Below are positions 32,798-42,179 of a stretch of DNA of 64,000 nucleotides, piece after piece. Numbering within the stretch: position 1 is the stretch's first letter; each line of letters starts with the position of its first letter. Origin of the DNA: an uncultured Bacteroidales bacterium (GTDB taxonomy: Bacteria > Bacteroidota > Bacteroidia > Bacteroidales > FEN-979); assembly GCA_903887775.1 (NCBI GenBank), contig CAISRB010000016.1, forward strand, positions 10,416 through 74,415. The letters run 5' to 3'. Under the pieces are notes generated by a model. The model saw only the letters and a program-made list of their open reading frames with translations. It ran no database searches and was not told the DNA's origin. The position numbers and the translations under genes are program-made.

Positions 32798-33067
32798 ATG
32801 GAAAATATAAAAGAAGAATTCCGGGTCAAAGGTGAAGAACTTGTTGAAAAGGTGAAGCAGCTGATTCACGAAGGCAATGTAAGAAGGCTTATCATCAAGG
32901 ATGAAACCGGGAAGGTTTATCTTGAGATACCAGTGACTTTCGGTGTAATCGGTGCAATCATCGCCCCCTTGCTTGCAGCGGTCGGCGCTATTGCCGCTAT
33001 GGTGGCAAATTTGAAGATCGAAGTAATCAGGTCTGAGGATGAGAAGGAAACAGAGAAGAAAGAATAG
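32798..33067 (+). CDS. DUF4342 family small protein
   Basis: EEF.V.GEELVEKVKQLIHEGNVRR.IIK..EIPVT.G, then a hydrophobic hairpin. Confidence 0.8.
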   Translation: MENIKEEFRVKGEELVEKVKQLIHEGNVRRLIIKDETGKVYLEIPVTFGVIGAIIAPLLAAVGAIAAMVANLKIEVIRSEDEKETEKKE

Positions 33068-33129
33068 GTGGTGAATTTATTTTCGTGATATCTCTGATTT
33101 CTTGTTTCACCAAATCACTATTTTCCAAC

Positions 33130-33888
33130 TTATTCCGCTTTCATCCATATTTCAAAGGCCAGGTCGGCCTGCATTTCGAGCATCTTCCGGCCGTTCCGGG
33201 TTCCGGCACCTGTCTTTGCCGCCATCTGCAACAGTTTTGTCATCGGAGGGTTATAGATCAGGTCATAGACTTCGTGACGGGTATTTAACAGGCTGACCGG
33301 AAAAGGAGGAAGGGTCTCGGGACAGTAATACATTCCTGCAGGCGTGCAGTTTACAATGAAGGTGTACCGTTTAAGGATGTCACTGCCGATATCAGTATAA
33401 CTGATGATATCATCAGCTGTTTTTGTACGGGAAACAAACAGGAATTCAAGTCCCATTTTTTTCAGGCTGTAAGCAACTGCTTTAGAGGATCCTCCCGTGC
33501 CCAGTATTAATGCATGGGTATGGGAAAAACCGGGGCTGAGAGACTTTCTGAATCCTTCCGCATCAGTGTTGTATCCCGTGAGTTCAAAGGCTTTGCCGGA
33601 GTTCCTTACCACAACAGTGTTCACAGCTCCTATATCCCGGGCGGCAGCATCAAGTTTGTCAAGTAACGGAATAATGCTTTGTTTGAAAGGTATCGTGACA
33701 TTGAAACCTTGCAGGCCGGGAGTGCCGGCGATCAGAGGTCTTACCTCATCCACCGACAATAAAGGAAAAAGAGAATAGGAATACCCGGCTAAGCCTTCGC
33801 GTTCAAATTTTTTCGCAAAATATGCAGCTGATGCGGATTGTAAAAGCGGGTAACCGATCAGGCCGTACCGTTGCGGTTCGCTGTTCAA
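33130..33888 (-). CDS. aroE: Shikimate dehydrogenase
   Basis: GFNVTIPFK, IGAVNT, GYNTD, LGTGG and YDLIYNP motifs. Confidence 0.92.
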   Translation of the reverse strand: MNSEPQRYGLIGYPLLQSASAAYFAKKFEREGLAGYSYSLFPLLSVDEVRPLIAGTPGLQGFNVTIPFKQSIIPLLDKLDAAARDIGAVNTVVVRNSGKAFELTGYNTDAEGFRKSLSPGFSHTHALILGTGGSSKAVAYSLKKMGLEFLFVSRTKTADDIISYTDIGSDILKRYTFIVNCTPAGMYYCPETLPPFPVSLLNTRHEVYDLIYNPPMTKLLQMAAKTGAGTRNGRKMLEMQADLAFEIWMKAE

Positions 33889-34673
33889 ACCTGCTGGAAT
33901 TTTTTTAGTTTTTCCGGGAGGAACTGGAAGAAGGTATCGCCTCTTAAGCCAAGCCGCAAGGTCTCTAAAGGAATTATTTCAGAGGGTGGTATATTTCCCA
34001 GGTTGACATTGGAGCCGAAATGTTTAATAAACCATACCTGCTGGGATTTCAGAGGGGCTTCCCATATAATTTTCTGAATATCGACCTTGCTGAGGATCTT
34101 GTTGATCAGCGACACATGAGCTTTGCCTGTCGGCCTGTAAATGCCCACATTGCCGCTTTCCCTGGCCTCGCCGATGACTTTGAAAGAGCCTGCCTGTAAT
34201 TCTTTCTGCATCATTTCGATCCATTTGCCGGGGGAAATAAGGATCCCTGATTCCTTCGAGCCGACTTCCGAGAGCACGGTATACTGTTTCGAAAGGATAT
34301 TGATATGTTCACATTTCACATCATGGTCGATGTTCATCGAACCGTCGGATATCTCGACCGTGTCAAGACCAAGCTGATCAATATATTTCCTGTAATCATC
34401 GAAGCGGTCACGGATGAAAAAAGCTTCGTAAAGGGTTCCGCCAAGGTATACCTTGACATTAGCATCTTTATAAACTTTAATTTTCTTCTGCAGGTCACGG
34501 GTGACAATTGAAGTTCCGAACCCGAGTTTGATATAATCAATATAATCGCTGCCAATGGATACAAGATCTTCGGCTTCACGCACACTGAGGCTTTTATCCA
34601 TTACCATGGCAAGGCCGGTCTGACGAGGTTTTAAGGTCCGTTCAGGTAATAAAGGAAGGTCAAAGTTCAACAT
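33885..34673 (-). CDS. comA: Phosphosulfolactate synthase (ComA family)
   Basis: KPR.TGL.MVMDK, KLGFGT, GGTLYE, EISDG, SEVGSK, EARESG, WEAP and LRLGLRGDT motifs. Confidence 0.9.
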   Translation of the reverse strand: MLNFDLPLLPERTLKPRQTGLAMVMDKSLSVREAEDLVSIGSDYIDYIKLGFGTSIVTRDLQKKIKVYKDANVKVYLGGTLYEAFFIRDRFDDYRKYIDQLGLDTVEISDGSMNIDHDVKCEHINILSKQYTVLSEVGSKESGILISPGKWIEMMQKELQAGSFKVIGEARESGNVGIYRPTGKAHVSLINKILSKVDIQKIIWEAPLKSQQVWFIKHFGSNVNLGNIPPSEIIPLETLRLGLRGDTFFQFLPEKLKKFQQV

Positions 34674-34678
34674 AATAG

Positions 34679-36082
34679 TTATTTTTTATAGGCTTCAATA
34701 ATTTCAAGCAGGGCAGGATTATGCCTGGCTTCGGGAAACATCGTAAACAACCTCTTATACCCGTTAAAATCAATGGTCAGGGCTTTTGAAAGGGTTTCGT
34801 TCGCATGTTTGCCGCGGCCGAGTAAAAAAAGATAATAAGCCATCCCGAAGAAGAAATCGGGATTCCCGTCATGATGCTTCAATCCTTCGAGAAGCACGTC
34901 ATAAGCTTCCTGGAAAAGCCGGGCGTCAGCATATGTAACAGAAAGATCAAGCCATACATCAGGGTCGTCAGGATTCAGTTCGATCGCTTTTTTGAATGCG
35001 GAAATACTTTCATCAAAGCGATTCAGTTTAATATACATATCTCCCAGCATCGACCAGTATTCGGGTACTGCAGGGGATAATTTGATGGCTTTCCTCACAT
35101 ATGATAATGCGGTCTGAGGTTTTTGAAGCTCATCATATGCTATGCCAATGCCCATCCAGGCATCGGCAAAATCACTGTCGAGAGAAATGGCTTTTTTATA
35201 ATAGTCAATCGAATAGTCGAACTGGCAGAGTTTTTCGTAACATTCTCCGATGTAATAATAGGTCAAAGGCTCAGGTTCTTCATAAAACAAGGTTTCGAGA
35301 TAGGTCTGTATGGCCTTCTCGTACAAACCTGCATTTGCATAACAATTGGCTTTGTTGAAATAAGCCGAAGAAAAGGAGTCGTCGATAGCGATGGCAAAGT
35401 CGTATGCTTCGACCGACTTGTCAAACTCTTCGATATTCCCGTAAGCCACACCCAGGTTAAACCATGACACCTTCGAGTAGGGATGTTCATCGAGAAAAGT
35501 CTTGAAAAATTCAATGCATTGTTCGGATTGTTTTGTAATCTCAAAACAAAAAGAGATCTCAAATAATGCAGCTTCATTTTCAGGATTTACGCTGATGGCA
35601 TCGGTGAGGTATTTAATAGCCTGCTTGTACTTGCCGAGGTTTTCATATTCAAACGCAAGGCTCACATAAATGTCGTCCTGGTCCTCGCCGCCTTCCAATG
35701 CGTTTTTATAAGACTGAATGGCTTTTTCTGAGCGTTCAAGCTGACTGTAGAGGTTGCCTTTCTGAACCTGGAAATCCGGATCGTTTATCCCGATGAGGTC
35801 GAGTTCATCGAGCAGGTTCAGAGCCTCACGTTCCTTTTTCGAATGGATATAATATTGTACCTGTTTTAGCAGGATAAGAGGGTTGTCCTGGTGCTGATGA
35901 AGGGCTTTTTTCAGGCAAACCAGGGCAGAAGTAAGATCGTTCAGGTAAAGATAGTAATCGATAATCTCTTCATATTCAAAAACATCGAAGAAAAGATGTT
36001 CCTTATGGTTGATCATGTCCTCGTAATGTCTTACGAGAGCAATCAGTTCAGGGTCGAATTGGGATTCGAAGGGATCTTCCAT
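34679..36082 (-). CDS. Tetratricopeptide repeat protein
   Basis: About 12 TPR units. Start at ATG 36082, downstream of the TATTTTTG box at 36121-36128. Confidence 0.88.
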   Translation of the reverse strand: MEDPFESQFDPELIALVRHYEDMINHKEHLFFDVFEYEEIIDYYLYLNDLTSALVCLKKALHQHQDNPLILLKQVQYYIHSKKEREALNLLDELDLIGINDPDFQVQKGNLYSQLERSEKAIQSYKNALEGGEDQDDIYVSLAFEYENLGKYKQAIKYLTDAISVNPENEAALFEISFCFEITKQSEQCIEFFKTFLDEHPYSKVSWFNLGVAYGNIEEFDKSVEAYDFAIAIDDSFSSAYFNKANCYANAGLYEKAIQTYLETLFYEEPEPLTYYYIGECYEKLCQFDYSIDYYKKAISLDSDFADAWMGIGIAYDELQKPQTALSYVRKAIKLSPAVPEYWSMLGDMYIKLNRFDESISAFKKAIELNPDDPDVWLDLSVTYADARLFQEAYDVLLEGLKHHDGNPDFFFGMAYYLFLLGRGKHANETLSKALTIDFNGYKRLFTMFPEARHNPALLEIIEAYKK

Positions 36083-36235
36083 AAAGGATGCTTGAGTAAA
36101 GCGCAACAAATAATTCAGTGCAAAAATAAACAATTCCTGCTTGCGTTACTCTAACCGGCCTCATATAGTTTTATGTTTTTTTTCACAAAGATTTTGAGAA
36201 CCTAAAGAAAACGTTACATTTGTTTAAAATTATTT

Positions 36236-37633
36236 ATGCCATTAATTACTTCGATCAGCGGGATCCGTGGAACGATAGGGGGGAAGGAAGGGCAGGGTCT
36301 GACACCGGCTGATATTTTGAAATTTACTTCCGCATACGCCCAATGGGTTAAAGATGACAGCGGAAAAGAAACTCCGTTAATCATTCTGGGCCGTGATGCA
36401 AGGATATCGGGCGATATGGTTAATCACTTGGTTTGCGGTACCTTGCAGAGTTGCGGTCTTGATGTTATCGACATCGGGCTTACCACGACACCTACAGCAG
36501 AACTTGCAGTAGGCTTTCACAATGCCGATGGGGGAATCATTCTTACTGCAAGCCACAACCCGAAACATTGGAATGCGCTGAAACTCCTTAATTCAAAGGG
36601 AGAATTTCTTTCAGCTGCCGACGGTGAGAAGATCCTTGGACTGGCTGCACGAAAAGACCGTAAATACGCAGAAGTGCAGGACCTGGGCATCTCCACTACG
36701 GATGATTCGTGCCTGGGAAAGCATATTGACAAGATACTTCAGCTTCCTCTTGTTGACGTTGAAGCCATTAAGAAAGCCGGGTTCACTGTTGCAATTGACG
36801 CTGTAAACAGTACCGGCGGAATTGCGGTTCCGATGCTGCTAGAAGCCCTCGGAGTGAACAAAGTTGTTTGCCTGTACTGTGAACCCACAGGCGACTTTCC
36901 CCATAACCCGGAACCTTTGCCTGAGAACATCAGCGACATTTGTGAAGCTGTGGTAAAAAGCAAGGCTGATGTCGGATTTGTTGTTGATCCGGATGTTGAC
37001 CGGCTCGCTATCGTTAACCAGCTTGGCGAGCCATTTGGTGAAGAATATACTTTAGTTGCTGTGGCTGATTATGTTTTGCAGCATAAACCTGGCAATACGG
37101 TATCTAACCTTTCATCCACCCAGGCTCTGAAGGTTATTACAGAGAAGCATCAGGGGAAATACTTTGCATCAGCAGTAGGAGAGGTCAATGTAGTGGAATG
37201 CATGAAAGAGCATAATGCGGTGATAGGAGGGGAAGGGAACGGCGGGGTGATTTATCCTGAATTACACTACGGAAGGGATGCCCTTGTCGGTATCGCCTTA
37301 TTTTTATCTTACATGGCACGCACCGGCAAGAATTGTTCCCAGCTCAGAGACGAGTATCCGAATTATTTTATCTCGAAGAATAAAATGCGGTTTACACCGG
37401 AAATGAATATTGATGATATTTTGAAGAAGCTGGAAACCCAATATAAAAAACATCCGGTTTCGACTATTGATGGGATAAAGATACAATTTGAAGGTGAATG
37501 GGTCCACATCAGGAAGTCAAACACGGAACCAATCGTCAGGATATATGCAGAAAGCGATATGCAGGAAAAGGCTTATCATCTGACAATGAAAATATTGCAC
37601 GACGTTGACGAGATTATCAGGGGAGATGAGTAA
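36236..37633 (+). CDS. glmM: Phosphoglucosamine mutase / phosphohexomutase
   Basis: SISGIRG, TASHNP, DPDVDR, GGEGNGG and RKSNTEP motifs. TACATTTG box at 36215-36222. Confidence 0.88.
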   Translation: MPLITSISGIRGTIGGKEGQGLTPADILKFTSAYAQWVKDDSGKETPLIILGRDARISGDMVNHLVCGTLQSCGLDVIDIGLTTTPTAELAVGFHNADGGIILTASHNPKHWNALKLLNSKGEFLSAADGEKILGLAARKDRKYAEVQDLGISTTDDSCLGKHIDKILQLPLVDVEAIKKAGFTVAIDAVNSTGGIAVPMLLEALGVNKVVCLYCEPTGDFPHNPEPLPENISDICEAVVKSKADVGFVVDPDVDRLAIVNQLGEPFGEEYTLVAVADYVLQHKPGNTVSNLSSTQALKVITEKHQGKYFASAVGEVNVVECMKEHNAVIGGEGNGGVIYPELHYGRDALVGIALFLSYMARTGKNCSQLRDEYPNYFISKNKMRFTPEMNIDDILKKLETQYKKHPVSTIDGIKIQFEGEWVHIRKSNTEPIVRIYAESDMQEKAYHLTMKILHDVDEIIRGDE

Positions 37634-37850
37634 GAAAAAGAAAAAAAAGACGGTAAAGTACAAGCAGGTGACCATAACGGTTTCGTCACGTCAGAAGAAA
37701 TCACTCATCAATTATTGCAAATCGAGAAAAAGCACCCCGAACAAGATCATCAAAAAGGCCATACGACCGCTTCTTGAGAATTACCATGATCTGGAGGTAA
37801 ACCTTACTTCGTCGAGGGTTAACCAGTTACAGCTTTTCAGCCTGGAATAA
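37626..37850 (+). CDS. Small basic protein, possibly ribbon-helix-helix DNA-binding
   Basis: ATG overlaps the end of glmM. The KQVTITVS-RQKKSLINYC-TPNKIIKKAI pattern suggests strand-helix-helix. Confidence 0.55.
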   Translation: MSKKKKKKTVKYKQVTITVSSRQKKSLINYCKSRKSTPNKIIKKAIRPLLENYHDLEVNLTSSRVNQLQLFSLE

Positions 37851-37854
37851 AAAA

Positions 37855-38484
37855 TCACTGATTTTTTTTCTGAATGATACTCTCGTAAGGGGTACGGTTG
37901 ACTATTGACCTGCCCAGCGTAACCTCGTCGGTATGTTCCAGTTCGTCACCTATTGATATGCCGCGGGCTATCATGGTTACCGGAATTGCCGATGAATGCA
38001 ACTTTTTATAGATATAAAAGTTCGTCGTATCGCCTTCAATGGTTGTGGGGAGCGCAAGGATGATTTCTGTAAGACTGCCTGAGTTTACTTTTTCGATCAG
38101 CCCTTCAATATTCAGTTCATCCGGTCCTATGCCTTCCATCGGGGAGATAATCCCTCCGAGCACATGGTACACTCCGTTAAATTGCCCTGTATTCTCAATT
38201 GCAATAACGTCACGGATATCCTCAACCACACAAACGATGGATTTGTCGCGTTTCGGGCTTCCACAGATTGAGCAAAGTTCATCATCACTGATATTCCCGC
38301 ACTCCCTGCAGTAACGGATGTCGTTGTGCATACGGATAATGGCCATACCAAATGCTTCTGCATCTTCTTTTCTGGATTTCAGCAGATGTAATGCCATTCT
38401 CAGGGCGGTTTTCCTGCCTATACCCGGAAGTTTCGCCAATTCATTTACTGCGGTTTCAAAAACCCTGGATGGTAGAGAATTCAC
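37855..38484 (-). CDS. recR: Recombination mediator RecR
   Basis: [11 protein letters not shown]4 zinc finger, YHVLGG.ISP..GIGP and a TOPRIM domain. GTG start at 38484. Confidence 0.95.
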   Translation of the reverse strand: MNSLPSRVFETAVNELAKLPGIGRKTALRMALHLLKSRKEDAEAFGMAIIRMHNDIRYCRECGNISDDELCSICGSPKRDKSIVCVVEDIRDVIAIENTGQFNGVYHVLGGIISPMEGIGPDELNIEGLIEKVNSGSLTEIILALPTTIEGDTTNFYIYKKLHSSAIPVTMIARGISIGDELEHTDEVTLGRSIVNRTPYESIIQKKNQ

Positions 38485-38530
38485 TGAAAATTGTTTATTT
38501 TTACAAATGTAATCTTTTAGACGTTTCAAG

Positions 38531-39226
38531 ATGAGCCGTGTGTTATTGCTTTTTTTTATCCTGGGGATGGTTTGCCATGTTTCCGGTCAGGACAGCCTCA
38601 ACTACACAGATCCGTCAGGACGGAAACAGGGCCGATGGAAAAAACATGACAAGGACGGGCACGCACTTTATGATGGTCAGTTCAAAGACGGAGTGCCATC
38701 CGGAACTTTCAGGTATTATTATACTGACGGCAAGCTGAAAGCAATCGCAGTCATGAGTGATGACGGCCAAACTGCAAGAACTGTTTCTTATGCGAACAAT
38801 GACTGCAAGATCGCTGAAGGCAATTACAGGAATGAGAAAAAAGACAGTACGTGGAAGTATTACAGCGATTATGACGGGGCATTGCTCTCGGAAGAAAATT
38901 ATACCTTAGGGGTTAAAAACGGGGTTTTCCTGACATTTTACCCTAACGGTAAAATGGCAGAACGGATAAATTACAGGGATGGGCAAAAAGATGGGGAGTG
39001 GATACAGTATTTTAATGACGGTAATCTGAAATTCGAGGGATCATATTCCCATGGTGAGCAGGAAGGACCTTTTATCGGATATTATCCGGGACAAAAAATC
39101 CAATTCTCCGGTGCATATAAGGCAGGCCGAAAAGACGGCGCCTGGATTTTTTATGAAGAGAACGGGGCCGTGAAGAGATCTGAAACATTTTCTGAGGGCG
39201 CGCTGGTAAAAGACAACAAGCAATAA
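38531..39226 (+). CDS. Exported MORN-variant repeat protein (YwqK-like)
   Basis: Signal peptide and repeated G.W..Y..NG....G.Y..G units. Confidence 0.85.
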   Translation: MSRVLLLFFILGMVCHVSGQDSLNYTDPSGRKQGRWKKHDKDGHALYDGQFKDGVPSGTFRYYYTDGKLKAIAVMSDDGQTARTVSYANNDCKIAEGNYRNEKKDSTWKYYSDYDGALLSEENYTLGVKNGVFLTFYPNGKMAERINYRDGQKDGEWIQYFNDGNLKFEGSYSHGEQEGPFIGYYPGQKIQFSGAYKAGRKDGAWIFYEENGAVKRSETFSEGALVKDNKQ

Positions 39227-39236
39227 AATCAAGGCT

Positions 39237-40367
39237 ATGCAGGTCAGGACGTTTAGTACAGGTTCGGTAAATGATTTCCGGCAGAAATGGGATCGGAACT
39301 CAGCTGATGGGTTCATCCCAAATGTTGCCATCGTGTTTTCTTCAGTTGAGCTGGATCTGGCTGGGATCGTTGAATTCCTGGGCCCTAAAGGGGTACGGGT
39401 TCTTGGCAGCAGCTCCTGCGGTGAAATTTTGTACAACAATACCGGGAAGGTGATCAGTGAAGGTGGATTAGTCTGCTGCATGTTGAACCTGATCCCGGGA
39501 TCCTTCGATCTCAGGCTGTTTAACGGGATCGGAATGACTTCCTTTGAACTTGGTCAAAAATCAGGCAGCTGGGCGAAGAAAGTTTTCGCGGACCCTGCAA
39601 TACTTGTAGTTGCCAGCGGATTAACAATTGATGGAGAACAGCTGGTCAGGGGCATTCAGAACGTGCTTGGCCAGGACGTCATGATGTACGGCGGATTGTC
39701 AGGTGATGACGCCCATTTTAAAGAAACTACAGTTTTTTCGGAGGCTTCGGCCGAATCAAACGGAGCTATCCTCCTGGTGCTTGACAAGTCAGTTTATGAA
39801 ATAAACGGGATTGCAACGAGTGGTTGGGTCAGTATAGGAGCCGACAAGATCATCACGAGTTCAGAAGGCAATATTGTATATACCATAGATAATGAGCCTG
39901 CCCTCGATGTATATAAACAATATCTGAATGTAAGTGATGAAGATCTTCCGGAAATAGGAGTTGAATATCCTTTGCTGATAAGAAAAAGCGATCCTGACTT
40001 TGTACTCAGAGCTGTGCTTAATGTCGACAGGGAAAAGAAAGCACTCATCTTTGCGGGAACAGTGCCTGCCGGAGCCGTAGTGACCTTTTCAAGTTCACCT
40101 GGATTCGAGATCATAGAACATACAAAGAAGAAAGTGCATGAGTTTTATGAGTCTAATCCCCGATGTGATTTACTGATATTGTTTTCCTGCATGGCAAGGC
40201 ATAATGCTTTGGGACCAACGATTTCAGAAGAGATTGAGGAGGCATGGGTAAAATGGCAAAAACCCCTGATAGGATTTTTCACATACGGCGAGATTGGGAA
40301 TAATTATCAGAATTCCTGCGATTTCTACAATCAGACATTTACCTTGGTTTCCTTAAAACAGAAGTGA
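39237..40367 (+). CDS. FIST N/C domain sensory protein
   Basis: GSSSCGEI, GGLSGDD, GW..IG, IDNEPALDVY, FSCMAR, GFFTYGEI and NQT motifs. Confidence 0.88.
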   Translation: MQVRTFSTGSVNDFRQKWDRNSADGFIPNVAIVFSSVELDLAGIVEFLGPKGVRVLGSSSCGEILYNNTGKVISEGGLVCCMLNLIPGSFDLRLFNGIGMTSFELGQKSGSWAKKVFADPAILVVASGLTIDGEQLVRGIQNVLGQDVMMYGGLSGDDAHFKETTVFSEASAESNGAILLVLDKSVYEINGIATSGWVSIGADKIITSSEGNIVYTIDNEPALDVYKQYLNVSDEDLPEIGVEYPLLIRKSDPDFVLRAVLNVDREKKALIFAGTVPAGAVVTFSSSPGFEIIEHTKKKVHEFYESNPRCDLLILFSCMARHNALGPTISEEIEEAWVKWQKPLIGFFTYGEIGNNYQNSCDFYNQTFTLVSLKQK

Positions 40368-40368
40368 G

Positions 40369-42144
40369 ATGCTGACAGACTTCCAGCTCCTTATCGAAGA
40401 ACTGCGAAAGATGAAAACTCCTGAAGAATTTGCAGGGAGCAGGGAAAGAATTATGGAAGAATTATTGAAAGCGAAGACAGAATATGAGAAGCTGAACTTT
40501 AAATATGAACGGTCAAATAAAGAGAAGAACATCCTGTCGTCTTTGCTTACGCGGACTTCCGCGGATCTTAAGAACGTCTCAGAAAAATTAAAGGTCCGTG
40601 CGGAAGAACTGTCTACAATTCTCACGACGATACCGGCTTATGTGTTTTTCAAAGACAGAAGCCTGAATTATATTTTGGTAAACCAAAGTTTTGCGGAGCT
40701 TGTTGGAATTGCGGCTGAAAAGATAAAGGGGAAGAGCGCGAAGGATATCTTCCTCGATTATAACAACAGCGAATACATACTTACTGAAAAATCTGTCATT
40801 GATTCCGGAACAGCAGTTTATGATGTGATTGAGGAGGTGGAGTATAACGGGCGTTTACGCGCGATTAATACCAATCTGGCCCCGATACGAAATGCAGATG
40901 ACCAGATCATTGGCCTTATCGGGATATCCTGGGATATAACAGAGCGAAAGCACTATGAAACCGAATTGATGCACTCGAAGGAACTTGCGGAAGCAGGAAC
41001 AATGGCTAAAAATGAGTTTATTGCCAGCATATCCCATGAGTTTCGCACCCCTATGAATGGGATTCTCGGCCTTGCCGAAATATTGAAAAACACTTCTCTC
41101 GATGAGCCCCAGGAAGACCTGCTGAGAGGGATTGTTTCGTCGGCAGAAAACTTGCTGGTGCTGGTGAACGACCTACTCGATTTCTCGGCTATTGAAGCCG
41201 GCAAGATGGAGCTCGATTTTCACCCATTCATGCTTGATAGGGTTTTGGAGGATATCTTCCAGATGCTGAACATAAAAGCCAGGGAAAAATCAATCGACTT
41301 TTCGGTGCGGACCGATGAAAATGTCCCTAACCATCTTCATGGCGACTCCCAAAGGCTCAGGCAGATCATTCTGAATCTAGCCAATAATGCTGTTAAATTT
41401 ACAGAACAGGGCCAGATCGGGATCCGCATCCACCTCCTGAGCCGCACTGCGGATCATGCAGTACTGAGATTTGAAGTCAGTGATTCAGGGATAGGAATTC
41501 CGCCGGAGTCAATCGATTCATTATTCAGGGTTTTCTCAAGGATAAAGCAGCAGAAACATAAACTCATTTCGGGAACGGGCCTGGGACTTTCGATTTGTAA
41601 AAAACTTACCGATCTGCTGGGAGGCGAGATCGGGGTTTCCAGTGTTCAGGGGAAAGGATCGACTTTCTGGTTCAATTTGCTTTTTGAGTTGAGCGGCCCC
41701 AAACTTCAGAACCCTGATAATAGCATGGAACTGATTGAAGATAACTATACCGGTAAGAAGGTACTTGTTGCAGAGGATAACCTGATCAACCAAAAAATCG
41801 TCAGTTTTCAGCTTAAACGAATGGGCTTTGAAGTTGAACTGGCAGATAACGGACAAACGGCGCTTGACAAGTTTGACAGCATCAATTTTGACCTTGTAAT
41901 TCTTGATATACAAATGCCTGTCCTCGATGGATACCAGGTTGCGAAAGCCATCAGGCAAAAAGAAAAAATCACATCAACCTATGTGCCTGTCATAGCTCTT
42001 ACCGCCAACGCCATGAAAGGTGACCGTGAACTTTATTTAGAGGCAGGAATGGATGGTTATGTAAGCAAACCATTCACCTTTGAGACCCTCAGGCAGGCAA
42101 TACAGGCCGCAGAACATGCTGCCGCCCAAAATGTCTCCCGTTAA
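40369..42144 (+). CDS. Cytoplasmic PAS hybrid histidine kinase with REC
   Basis: Coiled coil, PAS (ending WDITERK), SHEFRTPMNG, GTGLGL and REC (LDIQMP). No TM segment. Confidence 0.92.
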   Translation: MLTDFQLLIEELRKMKTPEEFAGSRERIMEELLKAKTEYEKLNFKYERSNKEKNILSSLLTRTSADLKNVSEKLKVRAEELSTILTTIPAYVFFKDRSLNYILVNQSFAELVGIAAEKIKGKSAKDIFLDYNNSEYILTEKSVIDSGTAVYDVIEEVEYNGRLRAINTNLAPIRNADDQIIGLIGISWDITERKHYETELMHSKELAEAGTMAKNEFIASISHEFRTPMNGILGLAEILKNTSLDEPQEDLLRGIVSSAENLLVLVNDLLDFSAIEAGKMELDFHPFMLDRVLEDIFQMLNIKAREKSIDFSVRTDENVPNHLHGDSQRLRQIILNLANNAVKFTEQGQIGIRIHLLSRTADHAVLRFEVSDSGIGIPPESIDSLFRVFSRIKQQKHKLISGTGLGLSICKKLTDLLGGEIGVSSVQGKGSTFWFNLLFELSGPKLQNPDNSMELIEDNYTGKKVLVAEDNLINQKIVSFQLKRMGFEVELADNGQTALDKFDSINFDLVILDIQMPVLDGYQVAKAIRQKEKITSTYVPVIALTANAMKGDRELYLEAGMDGYVSKPFTFETLRQAIQAAEHAAAQNVSR

Positions 42145-42179
42145 TCAGCGAATTTCATGTAGCCCTGGAATTCACGACT

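Noticed and set aside
38531-39226. YwqK-like protein as the antitoxin of a toxin-antitoxin or defence system
   Set aside because: It has a signal peptide and generic MORN repeats, and no adjacent toxin gene.
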